Source: Octopus vulgaris (Eukaryota). Taken from it: 64,000 nt of DNA. The notes under the pieces are model-generated. The model made no database searches, was not told the DNA's origin, and saw only the letters and a program-made list of their open reading frames with translations. A program made the position numbers and the translations under genes. This document shows positions 40,349 to 52,933 of this stretch, piece by piece. The stretch lies in assembly GCA_951406725.2 (NCBI GenBank), contig OX597814.1, forward strand, positions 38,254,001 to 38,318,000. Reading direction: 5' to 3'. The number at the start of each line of letters is the position of its first letter. The first letter of the stretch is position 1.

Positions 40349-41830
40349 TTATTAAGAAATGGTATTTTGATACTATGAATATACCGATAATTGTATAATA
40401 TTTTAAGAACTTAAACAAACATACCAAACTGAAAGATGTTTGCTATAAATTATAACATAATACAATACTTTGAGATTGTTCGAGTGACGTGTTTTGCATT
40501 TTATATGTAGAATAAATATGATTCAATGAGTATACGTATGAAATAAATCTTTTGCTATGAATAAATATCGAACCATGTTTTAAAAACTGATTGCAAGATG
40601 AATGACATAATATTGGTTTTTGTCATAGTTGACTTCCAGTGATTTCTATTCGCTAAAATATGTTAGTAGGACTATTTCCAAATTGAATAAGAAAATAATT
40701 TTTGTGACTGTTTGATATGCTAGTAATTGCAACAGTTTTAACCTGAAAGAATACCGTGCAATCATTGAACCTGAAAAATACACGCATGGAATCCAAATAA
40801 TGTTTTGTGTTAAGAAATTTTTTGGTGATAATTTTACTCAATAATGGGGTATCAGAGACTAAACAACAGCAACTTCTACAAAGATAACAAGATTATTTGC
40901 AGCCAATGATCTCACAAATACAAGTTTCACTCAAGGCATACATTGTTTACAAGAACATATATTATGAATACTTTATTAAATATTTCTAATATATATGAAT
41001 TGAATCATAATTTTCCCAGCATTTGAATTAAATATATTGATTGCACAGTTTCAAAAGAAGTAGAATTGTAACGAAAGCTTATTGGTTTCAAAATTGATAC
41101 AACTTTACCAACAATTTTTTTATAATTTGAGTTTTATGTTGTTATTTCGTCCTGGGTGAATTTCAAATAATCACTTTTAGATTAGTTGTGAGTGAAATAT
41201 TTCCTTTTACTCCATTTCACATTTTACACACACACAGCTTAATTATGTAATGTTTGAAGTCACTAGTGATTTTAAGGTAAATATACTATAAATTTCAAGG
41301 TATATATCAACATTCATAGAATACTAACATTCGGAAATCGTTTTATAGATGAAAACAGATATGATATATGCTTCCTTTTTTTTAAACATTAGCATCTATA
41401 TATTACTTATTTCTAAAGTGCCATGATTTTAATTTTCGAATGATTAAACGTTGTGCTTATATGAAAGCTAAAACTAAATTCAGTAGAAAGAAAACAAAAT
41501 TAGTATAACACGAATAGAGAAAATATACGAATAAAATATACACAAACAGTTTGATTTAATTTCATGATACGAACTTACGTTATTTTTTAATGTTTGAGAA
41601 ATAACTTCATAAATAGACATTTGTGATAAGGTTTACTTAGGCTATGTATATACACGTATGTTTGTGTGTATTTGTGTGTTTTGTGTGTTTGTCTGTGCGT
41701 GTGTGAGTAAATGCATATATTTTTTTGTGTGTTAATGTATATATAAATACATATATATGCGTGTGTGTACGCATACACATATATAGATCTATATATATTA
41801 TATATATATGTGTGTGTGTATATATATGTT

Positions 41831-41895
<65 letters not shown>

Positions 41896-42481
41896 GCATG
41901 TGCGTATGCAATAAAAAGAAATATTCAATAATGGTCTTTCAGTTTAATTAATTAAAAGTTTGTTTTAATCAATAATTTATAGACTGGTATTGACGCTACA
42001 GATTTCATCAAAAATTTTAAATCGATAATTTCATGCAAAGGATTCGTGAATGCACCTACAGATAAGGCAAATATTTGAAAATTTGATATTTATTGAATCT
42101 AGGAATAGTGAGATTGTTCGAATTTTTTTAAATAGTACTATATCCCATATTTGATTAAATGTTTTGAACGTAAATATATACTTCGAGCATATTTAACAGG
42201 AATGTTGTGTGTATGTACACACACAAATACTCTCACACATACACACACATATACATGAAGGATATAATCTATATAAATTTTTTATCAAGTAGCTTTAATG
42301 GAATAAACCATGTAGTTGAAAATTAATACAAAGTATATCATTTTAATATTTTATTTATAAGAAGGACAAGTACTGAATAACGTCACATGTTAGAACTAGA
42401 TGACATATGGCTCAGAAACTACCATATTTATCACACAGACACGGGTTGAATGCGAGGGACATTTAGAAAAAGGATTTTTTA

Positions 42482-42538
42482 GCCATAGACCGATTTCAAG
42501 TTTAGGGATTCAATAGCCTTCATCATCATCAGTATGAC
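42482..42538 (-). ncRNA. Degenerate type I hammerhead motif (second family); more decayed inverted copy at 43602-43657 (+)
   Basis: Minus strand gtcata CTGATGA ... GAAA T CG GTC tatggc, with a 6-bp stem I (one G-U) and near-palindromic stem III. Stem II is eroded. Confidence 0.55.
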
Positions 42539-42810
42539 ATAACTCAGAGTTCATAATTATAAACATTTATACATACCATACGAACACAATACATCCGCAG
42601 TGCATATGCAAATATTCACATTTATATAAAAGTTAAATCTAGTTCGTTCATTTCAAAACAATTCAGCAGTGAATGAATTGATTGAAGTGGTTCATATTTA
42701 TCATTAAAATCAAGGATGAAATCTTTATATAATTCTCTCAAGTAGCTAGCATGTAATAATTCATTTAAGTAAAAATTGATACAAAGTATATATATTTAGA
42801 AATGCAATTA

Positions 42811-43457
42811 TAACAAAAGCACTCAGAGAGCGTAAATCTCCGCTAAGGCAACACCAACATCCTCTCATCGATTAGCCAGAGATGATTTTTGGAATGAGAA
42901 TATCTGAAATAAACTTGACTGCTCTCACAAACGAGAATACTAAAAATAAAACCAACTTCTCTCTAAAATAATGAAAGAAAAAAACCGGTAAATAATTCAA
43001 CATCCTTATAGTAGAGTGACCCAAAAGTAGATTTACATTTATCACGTAGGCACTTTAAATACCTTTTAAAACATTCTATTACATTTAAATTTCTGCCTTA
43101 CACTTAACTAAATTTGCATAGAATTATGGTTTCATATGTTTTTATAATTAAGCTCGAAACTTTTATTATCTGAATACGAAAGATTTAGTTGAATATCTAT
43201 AAACCTACTTTTGGGACACCCTATGTAATATAAGGGAGATAATCGCAGAAATCCTGAAATACTTTATGTAAATTAACGTAAATATATAAATAAACCAGTT
43301 CGGTACTGGATCGATCCCAAATTATATGGAGCTGATGCCAGTAACGAGGCCGAACATCCCTGAAAGTTTCATGAGAATTCATCCATTGGTTCTTGACATA
43401 ACTTGTTTATAGAGAAGCAAACAAACACGAGTGAAAATAATACCTTGGCCTTCGCTA
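42811..43457 (-). mobile_element. Second Helentron/HINE-type copy, interrupted by a MITE
   Basis: 42811-43007 and 43300-43457 align to the two halves of 21825-22201. Confidence 0.75.
43011..43225. mobile_element. Tc1/mariner-type MITE (~215 bp)
   Basis: TIRs tagagtgacccaaaagtagattt / aaacctacttttgggacacccta, flanked by TA; AT-rich interior. Confidence 0.8.
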
Positions 43458-43789
43458 TATACACCGGCTGAAACTGGATTTAACTTGTATACACGAATTA
43501 CATTGAACTTGTATCTAAATGTGAGAATTTGCATACGCTGACTAGATGCGTAATGTTCGTATGATATGTATAAATTATTATAATTTTGCACTTTGAGTTA
43601 TGTCATACTGTTGATATAAAGGGATTTATATTCCTAAACTAGAAATTTATTTGTGGCTAAACCTTTTTCAAATACTTTTTGTTCAATTGCCTCACATTCA
43701 GACCCTGTCTATGTGCTAATTAAATAGTTTTAGAAACATTTGGAGTCTACTTCTAACATGTGGAGGTACTCAGTAGTTGCCTTTATTAT

Positions 43790-43814
43790 ATACGTATGTA
43801 TTATATATGTATGT

Positions 43815-43861
<47 letters not shown>

Positions 43862-43896
43862 AATATAAATATGCATACATATATATATGCATATAT

Positions 43897-43959
<63 letters not shown>

Positions 43960-44250
43960 CATATATATATATATGTATATGTATATATATACATACATAT
44001 ATATATACATACATATATACATACATATATATACTTACATATATATATATATATGCATACCCATATATATATATACATACATACATATATACATACATAT
44101 ATACATACATACATATATACATACATATATATATATACATACATATATACATACATATATATAGACATACATATATATAAATATATACATATATACATAC
44201 ATACAAACATATATATATATATTCATATATATATATATATATATATATAT
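43790..44250. repeat. Long (TA)n/(TACA)n microsatellite array
   Basis: Directly visible; source of seven Y/I-rich ORFs. Confidence 0.97.
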
Positions 44251-44489
44251 GACTTTGCTATTATGTAAAATGTCCAAAACGTTTCTTGTTCAGCAAACGA
44301 TAAAATGTGTCTCACCATTGCATAGCAAAACCGTTGTACTACACTTTCACAATTTTCAATGTCTTGACATCTAAAGCAGCAAGAGATATGATAGTTTGAC
44401 CAAAAGAACCAGCTATTGCAAGCAAATATATATATATTGCACATACGAAATTTTAACATAATAGGAACGATATATATGCACACACACAT

Positions 44490-44573
<84 letters not shown>

Positions 44574-44578
<5 letters not shown>

Positions 44579-44738
44579 TAATCCAAACGGGAAAACAGAA
44601 AAAACTGCAACACGTGGAACAATTAAAGTATTATTATTATTAGGCGCTCATGAAAATGGGAAGAAGGAGGGTATGACGTTTCGAGTGGAGCTCTTCGTCG
44701 GAAACATAAGAGAAGGAAGAAAGAAGAAAGAAAGATCC

Positions 44739-44741
<3 letters not shown>
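44574..44741 (-). mobile_element. Short Penelope-terminal-like fragment in (TA)n with atypical minimal hammerhead-like motif (44671-44705)
   Basis: Minus strand gttt CCGACGA a gag-ctcca-ctc GAAAC GTC atac; flanked on both sides by (TA)n. Confidence 0.5.
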
Positions 44742-44781
<40 letters not shown>

Positions 44782-45094
44782 CATGTCATTGTTCAATTTT
44801 ATTTCAATATTTCATCCCAGTCGTGAAAGAACCACTTTCTAACCTGGATCCATTGTTCTTTCAGTGGAAATTCAACATCAACAACACAGTATTTTTGTTT
44901 GTCTGTCTTTCTGTATGTATGTATGTATGCATGTATGTATGTATGTATGTATGTATGGCTAGATGGATGGATGGATGGTTGTATGGATCAATGTAAGTAT
45001 GTATGGGTGGATTGATATGTGCGGATTTGTATATTTTTCTTTATGCACGTATCCTCATGCATATAGTTGCATATCTAGACTTGCTCATATATAT

Positions 45095-45500
45095 GTAGAT
45101 GATAAACTTCTGGAAAATTTTCCAGATTTTTATAGCTCCAGTGAAGGATTGACTTTGTAGTATTCGAACAAGCTTTCTCCTGTCTGGTTTTGTGGAGCCT
45201 GATTTCTGAAGATTGGCATTTAGGCAGCGTGTTACATATCCCTGAGCCCCAATAATTACAGGTATAAACTTAATCCTGTAATGCTGATAGACTAATCGCA
45301 GATTTCTCAGTAGTTCAACGTTGGTATTCTCATTTACGTTTATATCCGCTGGTTAGCTTAATTTTCACAACTGTACAAAATTTCTCTTCTTTATCCCAAA
45401 TCCTTATATCAGGTCTATTGTACTAACATCTTATTCAGGTCTTCATTGGAACATTCCATCATTATGCCTTTTTATTAAGAGTGGCTATACTGTGGGTTTT
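45095..45500 (-). mobile_element. 3' fragment of RLE-type non-LTR retrotransposon (R4/Dong-like)
   Basis: Broken frames give YNRPDIRIWDKEEKFCTVV...PADINV...ELLRNLRLVYQHYRIKFIPVIIGAQGYVT...KIFQKFII*, i.e. the PD-(D/E) restriction-like endonuclease tail. Confidence 0.82.
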
Positions 45501-45879
45501 ATTTCTTTGATCTCGTATGTATATATATATATATATTGGAATAGGAAAAATCAACAAAAGTTTATAATTAGTATGTAATTTATTCACACGTGCAGCTACA
45601 TAAAACAACCGATACAATATTTTAGCCTTGACAGCTGTCATTACAAAATATCATATTAACCAATAAGTTTGCCATATAAATTGTAGTCGTTAGTATGATT
45701 GTAGAAAACACTTCGAAAAGTAGGCCGAGAGAAATTTGATAAAAGGAAGAAAATATAGGTATGGAAAGGGAAGGAAGAAATACATCATAGGCAGTGCAAG
45801 GAGTAGAGATGATTAAGTACAAAACGATTAAACAGGCATAAACCTCATTGGTATAGAATATCAAAAAAGATAAAGACAG

Positions 45880-46016
45880 AAGCAACAGCAGCAGTAGCAG
45901 CAGCAGAAGAAGAGGACAAAGTAAAAGATGACGACAACGACGACGAAGACGAGGAAGAAGAAAAAGCAGAAGAAAAAGAAGAAGAAGAAGAAGAAGAAGA
46001 AGAAGAAGAAGAAGAG
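45880..46016. repeat. (AGC)n/(GAC)n/(GAA)n purine-rich trinucleotide array
   Basis: Directly visible; explains the poly-Leu ORF 45622-46068. Confidence 0.93.
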
Positions 46017-46198
46017 GATAAAACAAAACCAGCGAGCGATAAAAAATAGGTGCCGAGAAGGAAAACAAATTATAGATTAATAGGGTTCCAATACAAGATC
46101 AAGTTAAAGACAGATTAGAGTCCCGGCCATTTTCAGTGGACCGTAACATCAGTAACAAAGCTTTTGGTACCACTAACTTGCTACTATATGAAAATAAA

Positions 46199-46432
46199 AA
46201 AAGCGGCGAGCTGGCAGACACGTTAGCGCGCCGGGCAAAATGCTTAGCGTATTTCGTCTGTCGTTACGTTCTGAGTTCAAATTCCGACGAAGTCAACTTT
46301 GCCTTTCATCCTTTTGGGGTCGATAAATAAAGTACCAGTTTCGCACTGGGGGCGATATAATCAACTCAATCCCTTCGTCTGTTCTTGTTTGTCTCCTCTA
46401 TGTTTAGCCCCTTCTGGGCTGAAAAGAAATAG
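46199..46432 (+). mobile_element. Full-length tRNA-derived SINE (Nin/Deu-type core, alternative 3' tail) with TSD
   Basis: Head gcggcgagctggcagacacgttagcgcgccggg, B box gagttcaaattc, core gcctttcatccttttggggtcgataaataaagtaccag. 13-bp TSD atatgaaaataaa at 46186-98 and 46433-45. Confidence 0.92.
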
Positions 46433-47060
46433 ATATGAAAATAAACAAGGAAGCAGATCAGCACGCAGATTCATTTACACACTCAAACACATACACACAC
46501 TCATATGTAGACTAAGTTACAAGTTGGTACATTAGTATGAATGTGTTAATTTTTTTTTTTTTTTACATTTTGTGGTTTTAGTAGCAGTAGCGCTATTATG
46601 CTGGAGCACCGTCTTGATTTATTTTCTTTCAATTTCGTTGTCGCTTTATCTCTGAAAGTTACTCTTCGACTGAGTTTGTATCATTGAATGGTTGGCTGGT
46701 CCGGTATTGTCGTTAGATGATTATCCAATTTTCTTTTTTTTTAATTCTTCATCAGCGATGCCTTTTATTTTTCCTGATTTTTTTAGATAGGTAGTTGAAC
46801 AATTGAGAAACTCTAAATATCAGGATTTTCATACATAAATTATAGTATGTTAATCTCTTTGGAGAGAGTAGAGATGCTGAGCTTTCAGACGTTCTCAGTA
46901 ATTAAGTCTTTTAACGCAAATTATTTTGCTTATTTTAACCATTCTGTTAGGCAGGACGAGTTCAGAGACATAAACTGTTGAATATATATGTATATATTTG
47001 CGTCTGTGTATACGCGCTTACATATATACCTTTGAAAATATATATAAATGCGTGTGTAGA

Positions 47061-47061
47061 G

Positions 47062-47148
<87 letters not shown>
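47061..47148. repeat. (GATA)n tetranucleotide microsatellite
   Basis: Directly visible. Confidence 0.97.
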
Positions 47149-47480
47149 AAGATATGTAAACCTATAAGCTTACGCAGTTGCGCATATCAATAGATATACA
47201 CGAAATATTGAGAAAAGAGACCCATAAGCAAAGAAGTTCCCAAATTATCAGCCTTACCTAAAAAAAAAAGTTATTAGATATAACTATTGAACGTAACTTA
47301 TTCGGCGTTATATATAAATCATGTTTGGGGGACCTCTCCAAGAATTTAATAAATATATGATTTACTTCGTTTTATGGGTTAACTAAATATATGTGAAGTG
47401 TGAAAAGAAAATTATAAAAAATTAGAATTAAATAACATCCATTGAGAAGGTAATAGTTAGAGAAATGTTTGTATGTTTGT

Positions 47481-47795
47481 GTAGTTGCTTGGCTTAGAGG
47501 GTAGTCTATTCGGCTCACGTTCATATGGTCACGAGTTCGATTCTCGGAAGCGCATTGTGTCCTTGAGCAAGACACTTTATTTCACGTTGCTCCCGTCCAC
47601 TCAGCTTAGTGTAGTGTATGTATTTCAAAGGGCCAGCCTTGTCACATTCTGCGTTACACTGAATCTCTCAGAATTACGTTAAAGATACACGTGACTGTGG
47701 AGTGCTGAGCCACTGTCATGTTAATTTCACGAGCAGAGTATTTCTTTGATCAGATCACCTGGAACCCTCGTCGTCGTAAGCAAAGTAATGCCAGT
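47481..47795 (+). mobile_element. tRNA-derived SINE of a second family (CORE/V/Meta-like core)
   Basis: A box tggcttagaggg and B box gagttcgattc, followed by tgtgtccttgagcaagacacttta. Confidence 0.82.
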
Positions 47796-47796
47796 G

Positions 47797-47878
<82 letters not shown>

Positions 47879-47977
47879 GAAAGATACTTACGTACAAAGA
47901 AAACCATATCTTTATTTTAGATCTTACCTTAAAAATCCCCAAACAGTTTCAATTGAATTAAAGTTTACATATATATG

Positions 47978-48039
<62 letters not shown>

Positions 48040-49254
48040 TATACATACATACACACACATACATATATGTGCGTATATAATTTCAATATGTATGTGTAAG
48101 TCAGCAGATAGATATATAGATAAATAAAAAAATATTTTTATATATATGTGTGTGTGTATGCGAGTGCATATACTATTTTATGCATATCTACATATAATAC
48201 ATATAAAATGTTACTTAATTGCAGCCACCTCAAAATGTTGTTCCTTGTGGTTTATTCTAAGAAGGTGTGATCGGTGAGACACTGGTGTTAGTGAAAGCAG
48301 GATTATATTAGCTTCTATCCTTGTGTTGTAAATTTGACTACTTTTTTCACGTGAGTAAAGGGCATGGGATATACTTATGACAGTTAGATTACTTTGCATA
48401 GTCTCTGTGAACAATGGTAAAAACAATAGCGGGAAGTTATTGTCTAACCGCATACCCCAAAACATGTTAGAACTAAGGACTCAATGAGTCAGGCGTCACT
48501 ACTAATCTGGGGAACCGATGAAATCTACCTTCCAAATAAGCCAAACCAGGGTTTAGGATAGGAGCACAAAGTACTGACTTAACACAGCTAATATGGTTGG
48601 ATGTCGTTTTAAAATAAACACATTGTATCAATTCAACACCTTGTAATTGCTCTGCCAGGTGGGAGAATTTGTTCAATGTAACAACCAGTGAAATCAAATT
48701 ATAGTTATATTAATAGGAACCAGATACTTTCCGGGCAATATTGAAGGAAAAATTTGGCGTTCTTTCTGATTTTGGTACAACTATTGTTGCTATTGTTGCT
48801 TCTGGTTGTGATATCGTTTTTATATTTGTTATTGTTGTTGTGGCTTCGCTCAACTGGGCAATGACTGAACAGTTTTGTGACTATCTATTTCAACGTATAT
48901 CAAGAATTTTATTGACCAATGAGGTTTAACTTCTGACTATAGAGACGTGATTTGAAGGTGTTTTTTTCTTTTCATTTGTTGTTGCCATTCCAGCGACAAC
49001 TTGGAGACAAATTTATCAGATCGATAATTTCTCAGATTCTTTGTAAATGTAAAGATACATCATTGATTCAACGTAGTTGCGTTTCCATAGATATATAACA
49101 AGGAAGTTAAATATCTAACACTGGACTACTAATGCTTACATATATATACACTCATACATATAGATATATTCATAAACACATATATATTTATACATATAAA
49201 TATATACAAGTATATATACACGTACAAATTCATATAAATACACACACACACACA

Positions 49255-49318
<64 letters not shown>

Positions 49319-49673
49319 CGTATATATATGTGTGTGTGTATGTGTGTGTGTGTGTGTGGTTGTATGTACTTAAATATGTACGTATGTATGTTTGTATATT
49401 CATTTTTAGAAATAAAGTTTTATAGAACGTCGAAATTTCGCGGGCTTTATTAGCTGTCATTAGAGAATCAGATCAGAGTTAATAAGCCGAAACCTTTAGT
49501 TACTGTCAGCTTGTAAGAGGTAATAAATATAATACACTCCTGAAATACTATTGAGTGAACCTTCAATATATTGTTGAAATATATTTATAAATAGCACTAG
49601 AACGAACAGTATACATATACATACACGCACACACACACACACACATATACATATAATCCTATTATTGTTACTA

Positions 49674-50162
49674 TTGCGTGAGAGTAGAGTGCATGCCATG
49701 AAAATGACACTGGGGTACAAATGTACGAAACCCAATATAACCACCAGGACTACTCATCTAATAAGTGTACATTAGGCACATTCATAGCAATCATGGGGAT
49801 CTTATGTCAAGATAATTGGCGCATGATCTTACAATTGTGATCCCGTCAGAATATTTTCATGTCGTGTAATAAACCCCGCTCAAAATGTCTCTGAATACGG
49901 TTTGGTGAAGGAGGATGAACAAAACATCCATGTTTCTTGAGGTAAAATATTCAGACCGCAAAGAATTTCTCCCAACACATATGGTCAGTCACTAAGGAAC
50001 ATGCTCAACTGGTTGTGGTCAAGCATTGCACATGGGAATCTTTGGTATTGAACAGTGTTTGCTGTAGCCAATCTTTCATGTCATAACAAAACTTGTATAT
50101 AAAATTTACTGTCAGTTAAGATCAATAACCATGAGAGCCACTACCTGGTACGGCATCAGAGC
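49674..50162. mobile_element. Unclassified ~0.5-kb interspersed repeat, diverged inverted copy of 56076-56631
   Basis: Colinear reverse-complement match from gtgagagtagagtgcatgccat to gagagccactacctggtacggcatcagagc; flanked by ATT/ATC trinucleotide runs. Confidence 0.8.
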
Positions 50163-52797
50163 ATACATCATTAACATCATCATCATCATCATCAATGATA
50201 ATATCATCTGTATATTATAGTTTCATGATAGACACTGACTCTCAATGTTCCATGCGAAATCGGAAGGTAAATTTACCAGGCATCGGCCGATATGCTGTAG
50301 AATAGAATCATGGAGGATAGAAAACAACCATAACTCTGTGGCCGTCAGTTTGCAAGTAGTGCTTTCAGACCTCAAGTACCAAAGAGACCAGGTCATGCTC
50401 TTCTATTCAGACATGGTATTCATGGCTAAATTGACACATCCATTTTTTTATATGAATATGTACGTGAATAGTGACTGGCTCGCGTAAGGTATTATATTAT
50501 ATATGTAATAATAATGAACTATCCTTGTCACTACCTTATATATAAGTGCCTGTTTATTTTCTTCTGGTGTATTAAAAATTATTGGGCATCAACCGCAAAT
50601 ACATACAAACGCGCACATACTGTCATATAAAGAGAGATAGGTGGGTGTCTGTGCATTATCACCAAAAAACTAACATACATTCTCTTGTATCGTGTTTTGT
50701 GCATTTATGATACCAACAAAAATCTGATTCGTACACATTCAACGCTTCAATTTATAGCATCACCTCAATGCTTACATATATTCTTCTAAGATAGAGCTTA
50801 CTAGTATAATAGGATTCTCTGCTGAGATCTAAGTGAGTCGTCGTATTCATGAACCTCCACCCTCATCAATATCTTGTCTTAATTCTCTTAATAAAATTAT
50901 GTGCTTTATCCGTTCGTCTCCCTCAAAAGATATTGTTAGGATTAAATTTCTTCCAGTGCCATGTGTGACTTGATATGCTGTTTATTTCAATTTTATACAT
51001 ATCCGGAGTTGGACATACCATTAAATTACAAGGAAATTGTAACTGCTCCCAAATGTATTGTTTTTTACAATAGAAGGCACTTGGGTGTTCCTAGGACTAG
51101 CACTCGGACTTCGTAGATTTAGGAATTACCATAAACTTTCCGTGTGATACAACTCTTATCTTACCATTTAGAGTTATCTCTCAAGTTTATAGTTTTCTCA
51201 CGTAACTGTCCAACAATATTTCTTCTTATGCTCTTGAGTTAGTTATTTCTAGTAATTTCCGGAAGCTGCTTCCATTAGGACACAAATTCGCTGATGTAAA
51301 TGGCAATATTTAAATGATAGTTATGGTTGCATGCCTAAAATAGAAAACATCACGGTGATTAAAGTCAGCTCGAGCTACTGACTATCAAATAAATATTTCG
51401 ATTACGAAATATGACCTACAGGCAGGTGTAATATTTGAATCACGGAAAGAAATTGAGAACAAGGATTCTAGCACTTCCTTCATTCAGTCTTCTCAAACAA
51501 ATGCCGAAAAAGACAATCAAGGAATAGTTTCTCTTCCTCTCTCACACCCATATAAATACACACGCACATATAAATATATGACAATGTGCTTGTGTGCATA
51601 TATATGTATGTGTCTGTGCCTGTGTGCGTATGGATTAATTCTGACGCTCTTATTTATTTAATATGCATAAATCTATAAAAAGGAGAACACAAAACTGAAT
51701 GTACGAAATAATTTAATTTTTGAACCGTTGTAATATGAACATATCCTGTAAGCTGGAAGTTTGAATTTGCAATCATCATATAAAGAAAAAAATATTGGTA
51801 ACTTCACCAGCCATGTATGAAATGAGAACTGGTGAGTTCTTGTAGGAATGTGCAATTTTAAAGAAGAGGTGCAACGGAATCATAGAGAGTCTGGTGTTGA
51901 AATGGTGCTGTAAAAAGTAAAGGTCGTATTATCGGTGGGAATGATAGGTATGTATATTGATGTGTTCGTTGCTCAGGGTTTGTGGTGTATGGCAGTGAAA
52001 CACAAATAAGTTTATACAATTTGACATATTATCAACAATGGAAAAAAAGAAACTAAATCAAGCTGAGTAAACATAACAACGGCTTCAAATATGTAAGACA
52101 TTGCTTCTGTGAGTATCTAGTTGATAATTAGTAAATGACTATAGATATGAATATATTGGTGTATGAATTTCTGGACTCGGTGAGCGGCTGTGAAAGAATA
52201 TCATATTGCTGATTAATGACAACATTGAAATATTGTTCTGAATTGGAATAGATATATAGTTACATATGACTATGTATGTAACTACACGCCAAGAAGCAGA
52301 CAGGTTTAAGCATATAAGAACATACGTAGATATAGAAGAACAGATATACGCGTATGCATGCATACATAAAAAAATAGATACAAGGTTTGTTAATGATACA
52401 TAAATATATATATACACACACAAAAAGAAGAAACAAGGTTAGTTATTGATACATGAATATATGAAGATAGATTTACACATAATCCCTTATGAAGATCCGT
52501 ATATATGTAAACGTATATGCCGAAGGTGGAAATGTATAGCTTAGAAGATGTTATCGCCAACACAAACGCAGATCTACATATAGATGTGGGTATACACAAA
52601 AATTCACAATCATATATGACTATATACGGAAACTCAGGCAGCTTCTCCAAACTACTCTTCTCTTGTCTTTCGTAAATTCATTTTATTTTTTTACATTCAG
52701 AAGTATGTTGTCTTCGTTTGCTACATTACATACTTGCAGGATACTTTTCCATTTTGCATTATCAGCTGTTATCCGTTATTCTCTTACGTTGACTATA

Positions 52798-52933
52798 TAC
52801 AGTAGAACCTCAGTTTTCGAAAAACTCTGATCAAGAATAAATCGTACTTTATCTCCTACCTTTTTCATATTCATTTAATACAGTTATACCTCGGTTTACG
52901 AACGCCTCTGATCACGAATAAATCGTGCTTTAT
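52798..52933 (+). mobile_element. Two direct copies of a pogo/Tigger-like left end
   Basis: TA-cagtagaacctcagttttcgaa...gaataaatcgtacttta (52798-52852) and TA-cagttatacctcggtttacgaac...gaataaatcgtgcttta (52879-52933); no right TIR seen. Confidence 0.55.

Larger units (their letters stand above)
42256..43790. repeat. Old tandem plus inverted repeat complex (arms ~42355-42650 and ~43490-43790; direct repeat 42256-42345 / 42711-42797)
   Basis: Shared inverted anchors cacatgttagaa.taga, cagtatgacataactca and catacgaaca; direct anchors tcaagtagct and atacaaagtatat with ~455-bp period. Confidence 0.8.

Noticed and set aside
43730-44277. Y/I/C/V/H/T-rich ORFs here and at many other TA/TG arrays
   Set aside because: Translations of dinucleotide microsatellites, which lack stop codons.
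47481-47550. tRNA-like A and B boxes
   Set aside because: No cloverleaf; this is a SINE head, not a tRNA gene.
48211-48697. Two adjacent minus ORFs with raised GC
   Set aside because: No recognisable motif or clean splice boundaries; possibly an old TE but unsupported.
49440-49510. Stem followed by GAAAC...GTT
   Set aside because: The 5' CUGANGA box is missing.
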